The translations under genes were made by a program, and so were the position numbers. Positions 1-7,116 of a stretch of 64,000 nucleotides of DNA are shown in pieces (the first letter of the stretch is position 1; each line of letters starts with the position of its first letter). Under the pieces are notes generated by a model. That model made no database searches. It saw nothing but the letters and a program-made list of their open reading frames with translations, and was not told the origin of the DNA. This DNA is from Bacillota bacterium (GTDB lineage: Bacteria; Bacillota; GCA-003054495; Carboxydocellales; JAJZSN01), in assembly GCA_021849745.1 (NCBI GenBank), contig JAJZSN010000003.1, forward strand, positions 891 to 64,890, read 5' to 3'.

Positions 1-138
1 ACAGAGCCAATCGAGTACACTGATGATTTAGATCAGGAGGAATCGCTTCCTCAAGGTGAAAAGTATCAAAAATACCAGATGAAAGACTACAAACCCATTG
101 CACATGAATACCGTGCTGATGACGGAGAAACAAAGTAA
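1..138 (+). CDS. 3' end of an unidentified ORF entering from the window edge (ends ...EYRADDGETK*)
   Basis: Frame 1 is open from nt 1 to TAA at 136-138. No recognisable motif. Absent from the ORF track because it has no start codon in the window. Confidence 0.2.
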   Translation, partial: TEPIEYTDDLDQEESLPQGEKYQKYQMKDYKPIAHEYRADDGETK

Positions 139-160
139 TGATACCACCTTGCAAACAACC

Positions 161-195
161 ACCGGTCAGGGGTTCAAATCCCCTCACCAGCTCCA
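161..195 (+). other. tRNA 3' fragment (T-arm, acceptor 3' strand and CCA); probable attachment-site remnant
   Basis: AGGGG-TTCAAAT-CCCCT (168-184) forms a canonical T-arm with the GTTCAAATC loop context. It is followed by the 7-nt acceptor strand CACCAGC, discriminator T and CCA (193-195). The upstream 80 nt cannot be folded into D and anticodon arms. Confidence 0.5.
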
Positions 196-205
196 GCGCA
201 AAAAA

Positions 206-235
206 CCGTGTAGTTTCAATGGCTACACGTTTTTT
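206..235 (+). terminator. Rho-independent terminator directly after the tRNA fragment
   Basis: Stem CGTGTAG (207-213) pairs with CTACACG (223-229). The loop is 9 nt and a T6 run follows at 230-235. Confidence 0.6.
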
Positions 236-376
236 ATTCCCAAGGATGCCGAGAAGCCGATAGACCGGAGAACCAAGGCGGCAAAAGAAAAGGATAAGAG
301 AATTATAAGGACTGTAAAGACCTTTGGGTTCTTAGATTGATTATTTGCGTATAATAATGTTATTATTAACGTCACC

Positions 377-871
377 TTGAAACGCTTGGCGGACAAAGGA
401 CAGATTGAGCGTTTCCAAAAAGGTGTTTATTATCGCGCCAAGCAAACGGTTTTCGGCAAGGCTCATCCGAGCGTAGAAACCTTGGAAGCACAGCTTTTGA
501 TAAGGCGAGGCGATGATATCATTGGCTATGAAACAGGCGTATCCCTTATGAATCAAATAGGTCTGACCACGCTTGTCCCCAAGAAGCGCGAAATCGCTAC
601 CAACGCCTATCGAAAAATTATTAATGATAAATACATCATAGCAAGGAAGCCGGTTATTACGGTTAATACCGGAAACTTCCGGTATTTGCAGTTTCTCGAC
701 GTTATAAGAGATTTACCGGAGGCTCCGGTCGATGCAGAGAATCCAAATGCCTTGCTCCATGCTTTTGCTGAAAAAAATGGGCTGGATGCGGTGAAAGCCT
801 TAACCTATGCCAGACAGCACTACCCTCAGAAGACACTTCTCAATCTGGTCGATGTGTTAGTAGAGAGGTGA
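377..871 (+). CDS. AbiEi_4/DUF6088-like antitoxin homologue, apparently missing its N-terminal ~35 aa
   Basis: LKRLADKGQIERFQKGVYYRAK resembles the wHTH end of AbiEi-type antitoxins as I recall them. The start is TTG with no SD. The stop overlaps the next ORF, as in toxin-antitoxin pairs. Confidence 0.5.
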   Translation: MKRLADKGQIERFQKGVYYRAKQTVFGKAHPSVETLEAQLLIRRGDDIIGYETGVSLMNQIGLTTLVPKKREIATNAYRKIINDKYIIARKPVITVNTGNFRYLQFLDVIRDLPEAPVDAENPNALLHAFAEKNGLDAVKALTYARQHYPQKTLLNLVDVLVER

Positions 872-876
872 ACTAT

Positions 877-1131
877 ATGAAGCTGCATGATGACAGAGAT
901 GCCTTTCAGGCACTACTGAATTCAGAATTACAATCCCGTAGGTTAGCAGCAGCAAAGCTTGCCAATGCTATCAATAAAATTGAGGGAGTACCGGTTACAT
1001 CCTATGCAAAAAGGCTGTCAGCACAATGGGTTCGGGGAGAGATTACCGGTGAAGAGATGAAAGCCGCTTTAATTACTGTACATAAGCGCCCTGTAACAAA
1101 TACACCCAATGAATTGATGAGGAGTATATAA
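877..1131 (+). CDS. Small chimeric ORF: AbiEii-toxin-like first ~17 aa joined to a VbhA-like (Fic antitoxin) motif
   Basis: MKLHDDRDAFQALLNS resembles AbiEii/AbiGii N-termini. The IEGVPVTSYAKRLSAQWVRGEITGEEMKAAL pattern resembles the VbhA antitoxin pattern (EG...GEIT.EE). GAGAGG lies 8 nt before ATG 877. Confidence 0.4.
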   Translation: MKLHDDRDAFQALLNSELQSRRLAAAKLANAINKIEGVPVTSYAKRLSAQWVRGEITGEEMKAALITVHKRPVTNTPNELMRSI

Positions 1132-1152
1132 AATCCGAAAAGGAGTAATGAT

Positions 1153-1923
1153 TTGATAACAATTACAAATACCCCAAACCTCACTGGAGTAACCATTAGC
1201 GGAGATTTTAGCGACCTCTACAATCTTGTTGAGGCATTCCATGAAATCACCATAGATGAATACTCTGAAAAACATCATAGATATATTGAGATCTCCACCC
1301 GTGTACTTGGTCTTTGCTATGACATCAGACATGCCTATCAGGGAGATAGGGCGGTTGAGCTTGTTGACAACGACATGACAGAAGACAAAATGAAGTGGCA
1401 CTCCATCATTGCACCCAAAAACAATGTATATTACAGCTGCAATTATCTTTACCCGGAAATGTTTTTCATAATGCTTGCTATGAATGAGCTTATCGAATTA
1501 CGGATAAAGGATTTAACAAAGACAAAATTCATTTACAAAGAGGCTTTGGATAAGAAGGTTATTTGGGATGAAACGATTGCACTTATACGGCTTTTCCAAG
1601 CTGAGTTTGTGAAATGCGTCAAAGATACTTTTTCAGAAGCTTCCTTTGCCAGATGGCTAAATCTAATGAACGGCAGCTATACTGGCATTGAGGATATTGC
1701 CGGCCAGTATGTTGATCTGTTGAATATCAAATACATAAACATGACTAAAGAAAAGCGGCTGAAAAACTTGTCCTCTATGGCCAAAAGAATAACAGAGTTC
1801 AGATACGACAATGACCATAAGGAAATAAAAGAAGTGGTTATGGAGGCGGCAAAGGAGCATCAATGTGAGCCGGGGGCAATAAGGTTGCGGGGGATTGATT
1901 ATCCGGATGATTTTGAATGGTGA
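1153..1923 (+). CDS. Hypothetical protein, 256 aa, no motif recognised
   Basis: Long clean ORF. AAAGGAG lies 7 nt before TTG 1153. It sits immediately upstream of the zeta-like kinase remnant. Confidence 0.6.
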   Translation: MITITNTPNLTGVTISGDFSDLYNLVEAFHEITIDEYSEKHHRYIEISTRVLGLCYDIRHAYQGDRAVELVDNDMTEDKMKWHSIIAPKNNVYYSCNYLYPEMFFIMLAMNELIELRIKDLTKTKFIYKEALDKKVIWDETIALIRLFQAEFVKCVKDTFSEASFARWLNLMNGSYTGIEDIAGQYVDLLNIKYINMTKEKRLKNLSSMAKRITEFRYDNDHKEIKEVVMEAAKEHQCEPGAIRLRGIDYPDDFEW

Positions 1924-2354
1924 ACGTCTCAGACAGAAGAAAAACTGAAACGGGATGTTAATAATCCTTTTGCTTTATTTATGGGCGGCGGGTCTGCTTC
2001 AGGTAAAAGTTTAATAAGGGATGAAATTATTATACCCTGGATAAACGAACCGGTTGTTATTATCGATAGTGATATTATAAAAAAGGAACTTCCTGAATAT
2101 AAAGTATAAGGAAAGTACCACGAGAGAGTATAATTTATACACATCAATATTTCCCTAAGACTTTTTTTAAAATTGAGCCTGAATTTGATATTATGCAAGT
2201 CTATGATAATACAATAGCTGGAAAAGCACCTCAAGTTGCTGCTAGAGCGGGGAAAGTTATAAAATCTGCAAGATCCCATAAATCAGGTCATGTTAAAGTA
2301 GAAGGACGAACCATAAGTGTAGAAGAAATAAAAAAGGTAAGGAAAAACAGATAG
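1924..2354 (+). pseudogene. Zeta-toxin-like P-loop kinase remnant (no start, internal deletion, frame change)
   Basis: Frame 1 (1924-2109) reads ...NPFALFMGGGSASGKSLIRDEII...ELPEYKV*, which includes a Walker A motif. Frame 3 up to TAG 2352-2354 reads ...FDIMQVYDNTIAGKAP...EEIKKVRKNR*. The ~150 aa between the two pieces is missing. Confidence 0.55.
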
Positions 2355-2384
2355 GGTAGCTCCAGATTTACTTTTACGTAAAAA

Positions 2385-2423
2385 ATCCATCCCAAATAGA
2401 GTAGGGATGGATTTTTGTTTTTT
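2385..2423 (+). terminator. Rho-independent terminator
   Basis: ATCCATCCC (2385-2393) pairs with GGGATGGAT (2404-2412), followed by TTTTGTTTTTT. Confidence 0.6.
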
Positions 2424-2618
2424 ATCCGTTTGTTTTGTATACATAAGATTTATAACGATAGCAGATGAAAAGGGGGATTATAGCGGGGCTTTACTTTAAC
2501 CAAAGGAATCTTCTTCAGCTCCCCAGGGTCTAACAAAACGATCTAAACGACCGTTTTAGATATAAGAATAGGAAAAACCCTCCCGGTTATACTGAAGTAT
2601 AATAAGGAGGGTTCTGCT

Positions 2619-2831
2619 ATGGGTTTGAAAAGGGTAACAAATATTAAAACTATCGGCCAGCATGGGAGCCGGGAACCTTTTGCCGGACAAGGCGGATTCC
2701 ATTCCTTGCCATGGTATGGCTATTCCCTTGGGGAAGGACGGAATTTTACCCATTTGGATGGGATGGGGGAGGAAGTTTATCAGCAACGAAAGCCGTTTCT
2801 TTATCATTATACTGACCCTAGTTTGGAGTAA
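2619..2831 (+). CDS. Possible small protein (70 aa), unknown
   Basis: AAGGAGGG ends 7 nt before ATG 2619, and the SD is buried in a hairpin at 2576-2613. No homology recognised. An antisense ORF of similar size also exists here. Confidence 0.25.
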   Translation: MGLKRVTNIKTIGQHGSREPFAGQGGFHSLPWYGYSLGEGRNFTHLDGMGEEVYQQRKPFLYHYTDPSLE

Positions 2832-2966
2832 ATAGAGGCCCGAAGGTCTCTAGAGGGAAAGGAACTAGGGGATGCACCCTTTTGAGAAAATTTTCTCCGG
2901 GGGCAGGAAAGATGTTGGTTTCTGCCGAAACAATCGGGGTAAGACCTTGATTGAGGAGGTTTGGTG

Positions 2967-3287
2967 ATGGAGATTAAAGATATGCAAAAAGCGGTGGATG
3001 ATTGGATTAGCCAGTTTGAGGAGGGTTACTGGAACCCCCAGTCTATGACCTTGCGTTTGACGGAGGAGATTGGTGAACTAGCCCGGGAGGTTAATCACCT
3101 ATACGGTCAGAAGCCCAAAAAACCGGAAGAACCGGAAGGGGATTTGGCCATGGAAATGGCGGACATTCTATTTATTATTGTCTGTTTTGCCAATTCCTTG
3201 AATATAGACCTGGAAGAAGCCTTTAAAGCCATGATGGAAAAATATCGATTGCGGGACAGTAATCGGTGGACGAGAAAAACCGAATAA
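2967..3287 (+). CDS. MazG-like nucleotide pyrophosphohydrolase (YpjD-like)
   Basis: EEIGELAREV...EMADILFIIVCFAN is the MazG EExxE/metal-binding helix pattern. GGAGG lies 7 nt before ATG 2967. The ORF-track TTG at 2961 abuts the SD. Confidence 0.8.
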   Translation: MEIKDMQKAVDDWISQFEEGYWNPQSMTLRLTEEIGELAREVNHLYGQKPKKPEEPEGDLAMEMADILFIIVCFANSLNIDLEEAFKAMMEKYRLRDSNRWTRKTE

Positions 3288-3333
3288 TCAAGAATTCCAG
3301 GGTGGAAATTCTAAATTTCTGTAGTATAATAAA

Positions 3334-3366
3334 GGGAAAAGGGGACTCTAAAGTCCCCTTTTCCCT
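3334..3366. terminator. Strong hairpin after the mazG-like gene; weak U-tract
   Basis: GGGAAAAGGGGAC and GTCCCCTTTTCCC form a 13-bp stem. There is no clean T-run downstream. Confidence 0.4.
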
Positions 3367-3729
3367 GTGTGAGGCTATCTATATCTAGTCTGCCACTAGA
3401 TATTCAGTTGGGCGAGGAAGTTGTTAACTTCCTTGCAATATTAGTATATCACAAAGGCTTATAAATAGGAGGTATCTTTCGGTAAGCAGCAATAATTTGA
3501 ATGTTACCGGCAAAAAATCCGGCCAATTGTATTGAGGGTGTTTGGACTTTTGGTGAAACATAGATAAGTGGTTGCAATTTTATCCGGTGAAAGGTTAAAG
3601 ATTAAAGGTGAACCGTTGAGGAATGGTTTTTGTACAATTGGGTCAGATTTAAGGGCTATTAACTTTCTTGTCATATTCCCTATGGAAGTTTCGTAGAATT
3701 AATTAGAATTGGACATGGGGGGGAGAAAT

Positions 3730-4470
3730 ATGAGAATACCGGTTCGCTGGACTAAGTGGGATATTAGGTTGGGGGCGGCCCTGGTGGTATTTTTGTTAAT
3801 CTGGGGTGGATATAACCTTTATATAGGTTATTCTTCTGTGGATCCCGAACAATTGCTCAGCGAGGCAATAGCCAATACCAACAAGGCAACAAGTTTCCGT
3901 TTCAAAACCGGTTCTGTGATATATGTGGACGGACGGCAGGAAACGTTAAGCAGGATTACCGGAGAAAAAAGCAAAGAAGGATTGCATATCAAAGGTGAGA
4001 TGCTAAATACCGCAGTAGATATCTATCAGATCGGAAACAAAACATATTTTAAAGATATTAAGGATGATAACTGGATTGTTATTGATGACAATAATCTTGA
4101 AAAATCTCAAATGCTGATGGCGGAGTTAAATCCCCTAGCCTATTTTACTATAAAAGATAGTTTGGAACTGAAGGTAATGGATGTAGAAAAGGTTAATGGC
4201 AGATGGTTGGTTAAGCTGGAAATGAAACCTGATTTAGACAACCCCTGGCTGGAAGTTTTATGGACTGATTTTCATTATACCGTATGGGTGGATAAGGGAA
4301 AGCGGGTAATTAGTAAAGCTGTATTAAGGGCCAGGGAAAAGACTGATGATAAAACCAAACTGGAATTAACCATAGATTTTTCGGATTATAACCGGGATTT
4401 AAAAATAACGGTTCCTAAAGTAAAAAAAGAAGTATCATCAGACAAAAAAATCTTTTTTCTCCCTGAATAG
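3730..4470 (+). CDS. Membrane-anchored hypothetical protein
   Basis: N-terminal TM helix (LGAALVVFLLIWGGYNLYI) followed by a soluble domain of about 200 aa. GGGGGGAG lies 4-5 nt before ATG 3730. The ORF-track start at 3709 has no SD. Confidence 0.65.
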   Translation: MRIPVRWTKWDIRLGAALVVFLLIWGGYNLYIGYSSVDPEQLLSEAIANTNKATSFRFKTGSVIYVDGRQETLSRITGEKSKEGLHIKGEMLNTAVDIYQIGNKTYFKDIKDDNWIVIDDNNLEKSQMLMAELNPLAYFTIKDSLELKVMDVEKVNGRWLVKLEMKPDLDNPWLEVLWTDFHYTVWVDKGKRVISKAVLRAREKTDDKTKLELTIDFSDYNRDLKITVPKVKKEVSSDKKIFFLPE

Positions 4471-4542
4471 GGAGTTTTTCTTTTTCTTAGAATTATCTCG
4501 GTCCTGTGAGGAAGACTAAAAAGTGAAAAAACCTTTGTTTAG

Positions 4543-4571
4543 GCAGGGATTTCTCAGTCGATGTCGAATAA
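4543..4571 (+). promoter_or_regulatory. Candidate sigma-H-type promoter upstream of hpt
   Basis: GCAGGGATT, an 11-nt spacer, then GTCGAATAA. The B. subtilis sigma-H consensus as I recall it is RNAGGAWWW-11/12-RNNGAATWW. There is one mismatch in the -35. Confidence 0.25.
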
Positions 4572-4657
4572 AAGTGAACAATAACGGTCAGAGTGGACTA
4601 AAAACCCGTGAAAAACCGAACATTAACATGAACTTAAGGTTAGGGGAGGATTTTTTG

Positions 4658-5209
4658 ATGCATCCTGATGGCGAACGGATTCTTTTGTCTGAGGCGGATA
4701 TTAGCGCTAAGGTTAAAGAGATAGGTGAACAAATTTCAAGGGATTATGAAGGTAAAGAGTTATTGGTTATTGGCATTCTCAAGGGAGCCCTGATTTTTAT
4801 GGGTGACCTAGTGCGGCAGATAAACGTACCGGTGAGCCTGGATTTCATGGCTGTGTCCAGTTATGGGACTTCCACCGAATCTTCCGGTGCAGTACGGATT
4901 TTAAAAGATCTGGAGAAGAGCATTGAAGGGCAGCATGTTTTGATTGTGGAGGATATCATTGATACCGGGCTTACTCTGAAATACCTCTTGGAAAACCTCC
5001 AGGCCCGCAAGCCGGCCAGTGTCAAGGTCTGTACTTTGCTGGACAAGCCGGAAAGGCGCAAAACCCAGGTGGTGGCTGATTATAACGGTTTCAGCATTCC
5101 TGATGAGTTCGTAGTGGGTTACGGCCTGGACTACGCCGAGCGGTATCGGAATATTCCCTATATAATGGTGCTTAGGAGAGAAGTGTATGAGGTCAGGGGT
5201 GGCTTATAA
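4658..5209 (+). CDS. hpt: Hypoxanthine(-guanine) phosphoribosyltransferase
   Basis: PRPP loop LIVEDIIDTGLT and DFMAVSSYG. GGGGAGGA lies upstream of ATG 4658. The 45 extra N-terminal aa in the ORF track are not Hpt-like. Confidence 0.9.
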   Translation: MHPDGERILLSEADISAKVKEIGEQISRDYEGKELLVIGILKGALIFMGDLVRQINVPVSLDFMAVSSYGTSTESSGAVRILKDLEKSIEGQHVLIVEDIIDTGLTLKYLLENLQARKPASVKVCTLLDKPERRKTQVVADYNGFSIPDEFVVGYGLDYAERYRNIPYIMVLRREVYEVRGGL

Positions 5210-5254
5210 GCTTTACTATACCATCAGGGGTGGCTTAGAAGTCTTACTATACGG
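5193..5254. repeat. 31-bp tandem direct repeat, 2 copies, overlapping the hpt stop
   Basis: Copy 1 is TCAGGGGTGGCTTATAAGCTTTACTATACCA (5193-5223). Copy 2 is TCAGGGGTGGCTTAGAAGTCTTACTATACGG (5224-5254). A third start, TCAGGTG, follows at 5255. Confidence 0.85.
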
Positions 5255-5394
5255 TCAGGTGTTAGGGGTTAGGTTTTAGGGGTGAGGGTTGGGATTGTCT
5301 TGTATGTTGGGTTCGTAGTTCGTAGTTGTTAGTTGGTGATTCATAGTTTGTAGAATAAGCTGATAGCTGACAGCTGATAGCTGATAGCTGGCAA
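5255..5394. repeat. 140-nt tract of 20 heptamers in a single phase
   Basis: TTAGGGG-type units occupy 5255-5296 and GTTCGTA-type units 5311-5352. CTGATAG/CTGACAG units occupy 5360-5394. The distance 5255 to 5311 is exactly 8x7 nt. The tract runs into the guaA SD (GGGAGG). Confidence 0.9.
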
Positions 5395-5407
5395 GGGAGG
5401 AAGCAAT

Positions 5408-6952
5408 ATGGATTTAGCAAGAGAAAGAGAACTGTTGCTGGTGCTGGATTTTGGTGGCCAGTATAGTCAGTTGATTGCGCGGAGGATTAGGGAGTGTAAG
5501 GTGTATTGTGAGATGCTGCCTTTTTCTACTTCCTTGACCAAGATTAAGGAATTGAATCCTAAGGGGATTGTGTTTTCCGGCGGGCCTTCCAGCGTTTACG
5601 GGGAGAAGGCGCCCAAGGTTGATCCGGGGGTTTTCGAGTTGGGGATTCCCATTCTGGGGATTTGTTATGGGCTGCAGTTGATGGCCCAAAACCTGGGGGG
5701 CACCGTTGAAGGGGCCGTCAACCGGGAGTATGGCAAAACCATGGTTCAGATTATTGAAGAAGATGAGATTCTTACCGGTTTAGGCCCGGAGACCCAGTGC
5801 TGGATGAGTCACGGTGATTTGGTGTCCGCCGTTCCTTCCGGGTTTATGGTAACCGCTAAGACCACCCACACTCCCGTGGCGGCCATGTGCTGCCGGGAGA
5901 AGAAGTTATACGGGGTGCAGTTCCATCCCGAAGTGGTTCACACCCCTAGGGGCAAGGAAGTGCTGGAGAAGTTTCTGTTCCAGGTCTGCGGGTGTTCCGG
6001 GGACTGGAACATGGGGTCTTTCATTGAACAATCCGTCCGGGAAATCCGGGAAAGGGTGGGGGACAAGAAGGTCCTTTGTGCTTTAAGCGGCGGGGTGGAT
6101 AGCTCTGTGGCGGCGGCTTTGGTTCATAAAGCCATCGGCGACCAGCTTACTTGTGTCTATGTTAACCATGGTTTTATGAGGAAGAATGAATCCCAGCAGG
6201 TTAGGGAAACCTTCGAGGGTAAGTTCCATATGAATCTGGATTTTGTGGATGCTGAAGAAAGGTTCCTGGGCAAGATTGCCGGGGTAACCGATCCGGAAAC
6301 TAAGCGGAAGATTATCGGTGAAGAGTTCATTCGTTTGTTCGAGGATGAGGCGGCTAAGCTTGGGCAGATTGATTACTTGGTGCAGGGAACCTTGTATCCC
6401 GATGTGGTTGAGAGCGGTACTGAGACTGCGGCGGTGATTAAGTCCCACCATAATGTGGGCGGACTGCCTGAGGATATGCAATTTGAGTTGATTGAGCCTT
6501 TGCGTTGGCTCTTTAAGGATGAGGTTCGTCTATTGGGCGAGGAACTGGGATTGCCGGAAGAGATCGTGTGGCGTCATCCCTTCCCTGGCCCTGGCTTGGC
6601 CATTCGGATCTTAGGGGAAATCACCAGAGAGAAGCTGGACACCCTGCGGGATGCAGATGCCATCATGGTGGAGGAGATTAAGAAGGCCGGGGAATACCGC
6701 AATATTTGGCAGGCTTTCGTGGTGCTGCCTTCCATGAAGAGCGTCGGGGTTATGGGTGATGAGCGGACTTATGCTTATACTGCAGTGGTACGGGCCGTCA
6801 CCAGCGATGACGGCATGACCGCCGACTGGGCCAGAATGCCTTATGATCTGATGGAGAGTATTTCTTCCAGGATTGTTAATGAGGTTAAGGGCATTAATCG
6901 GGTGGTCTATGATATCACCAGCAAGCCCCCTGGTACTATTGAGTGGGAATAA
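5408..6952 (+). CDS. guaA: GMP synthase (glutamine-hydrolysing)
   Basis: GATase1 motif GICYGLQ, ATP-pyrophosphatase motif SGGVDSS, and the C-terminal end ...PPGTIEWE. Confidence 0.97.
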   Translation: MDLARERELLLVLDFGGQYSQLIARRIRECKVYCEMLPFSTSLTKIKELNPKGIVFSGGPSSVYGEKAPKVDPGVFELGIPILGICYGLQLMAQNLGGTVEGAVNREYGKTMVQIIEEDEILTGLGPETQCWMSHGDLVSAVPSGFMVTAKTTHTPVAAMCCREKKLYGVQFHPEVVHTPRGKEVLEKFLFQVCGCSGDWNMGSFIEQSVREIRERVGDKKVLCALSGGVDSSVAAALVHKAIGDQLTCVYVNHGFMRKNESQQVRETFEGKFHMNLDFVDAEERFLGKIAGVTDPETKRKIIGEEFIRLFEDEAAKLGQIDYLVQGTLYPDVVESGTETAAVIKSHHNVGGLPEDMQFELIEPLRWLFKDEVRLLGEELGLPEEIVWRHPFPGPGLAIRILGEITREKLDTLRDADAIMVEEIKKAGEYRNIWQAFVVLPSMKSVGVMGDERTYAYTAVVRAVTSDDGMTADWARMPYDLMESISSRIVNEVKGINRVVYDITSKPPGTIEWE

Positions 6953-7017
6953 GGCAAGAGGTGAATTTGGGTACTATTGAGCAGCGAAGGATGGCTTTGG
7001 GGGATCTTCAATTTAAA

Positions 7018-7056
7018 AGACCACTCTCCATATTAAAGGAGAATGGTCTTTTTTTT
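7018..7056. terminator. Bidirectional terminator between convergent guaA and the MACPF gene
   Basis: AGACCACTCTCC (7018-7029) pairs with GGAGAATGGTCT (7038-7049) with one mismatch. A T7 run follows on the plus strand and an A-run precedes the stem. Confidence 0.7.
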
Positions 7057-7116
7057 GAGAAACATCAGCCACCAGTTGATGAGCTTGAATGAACTAAATT
7101 ATTTGGTTTACACTAT

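Noticed and set aside
115-195. Full-length tRNA gene ending at the CCA at 193-195
   Set aside because: A 5' acceptor candidate GCTGATG (115-121) pairs with CACCAGC with one A-C mismatch. However, no D-arm or anticodon stem can be drawn from 122-167, and that stretch is the tail of an ORF. Only the 3' ~35 nt is tRNA-like.
98-340. 80-aa ORF from the track
   Set aside because: It runs straight through the tRNA-like fragment and its terminator hairpin. It has no SD and no motif.
1929-2279. 116-aa minus-strand ORF
   Set aside because: It is antisense to the zeta-like kinase fragments, whose P-loop reads clearly on the plus strand.
2556-2831. Known structured RNA (RNase P, SRP, 6S, cobalamin/SAM/c-di-GMP riboswitch) in the mazG upstream gap
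   Set aside because: None of the conserved cores I can recall is present, for example GAGGAAAGTCC, the SRP GGAA/AGCA motif or the B12 box. The region is kept only as an unclassified finding.
4523-4657. N-terminal 45 codons of the 228-aa hpt ORF
   Set aside because: There is no homology to Hpt. A strong SD precedes ATG 4658.
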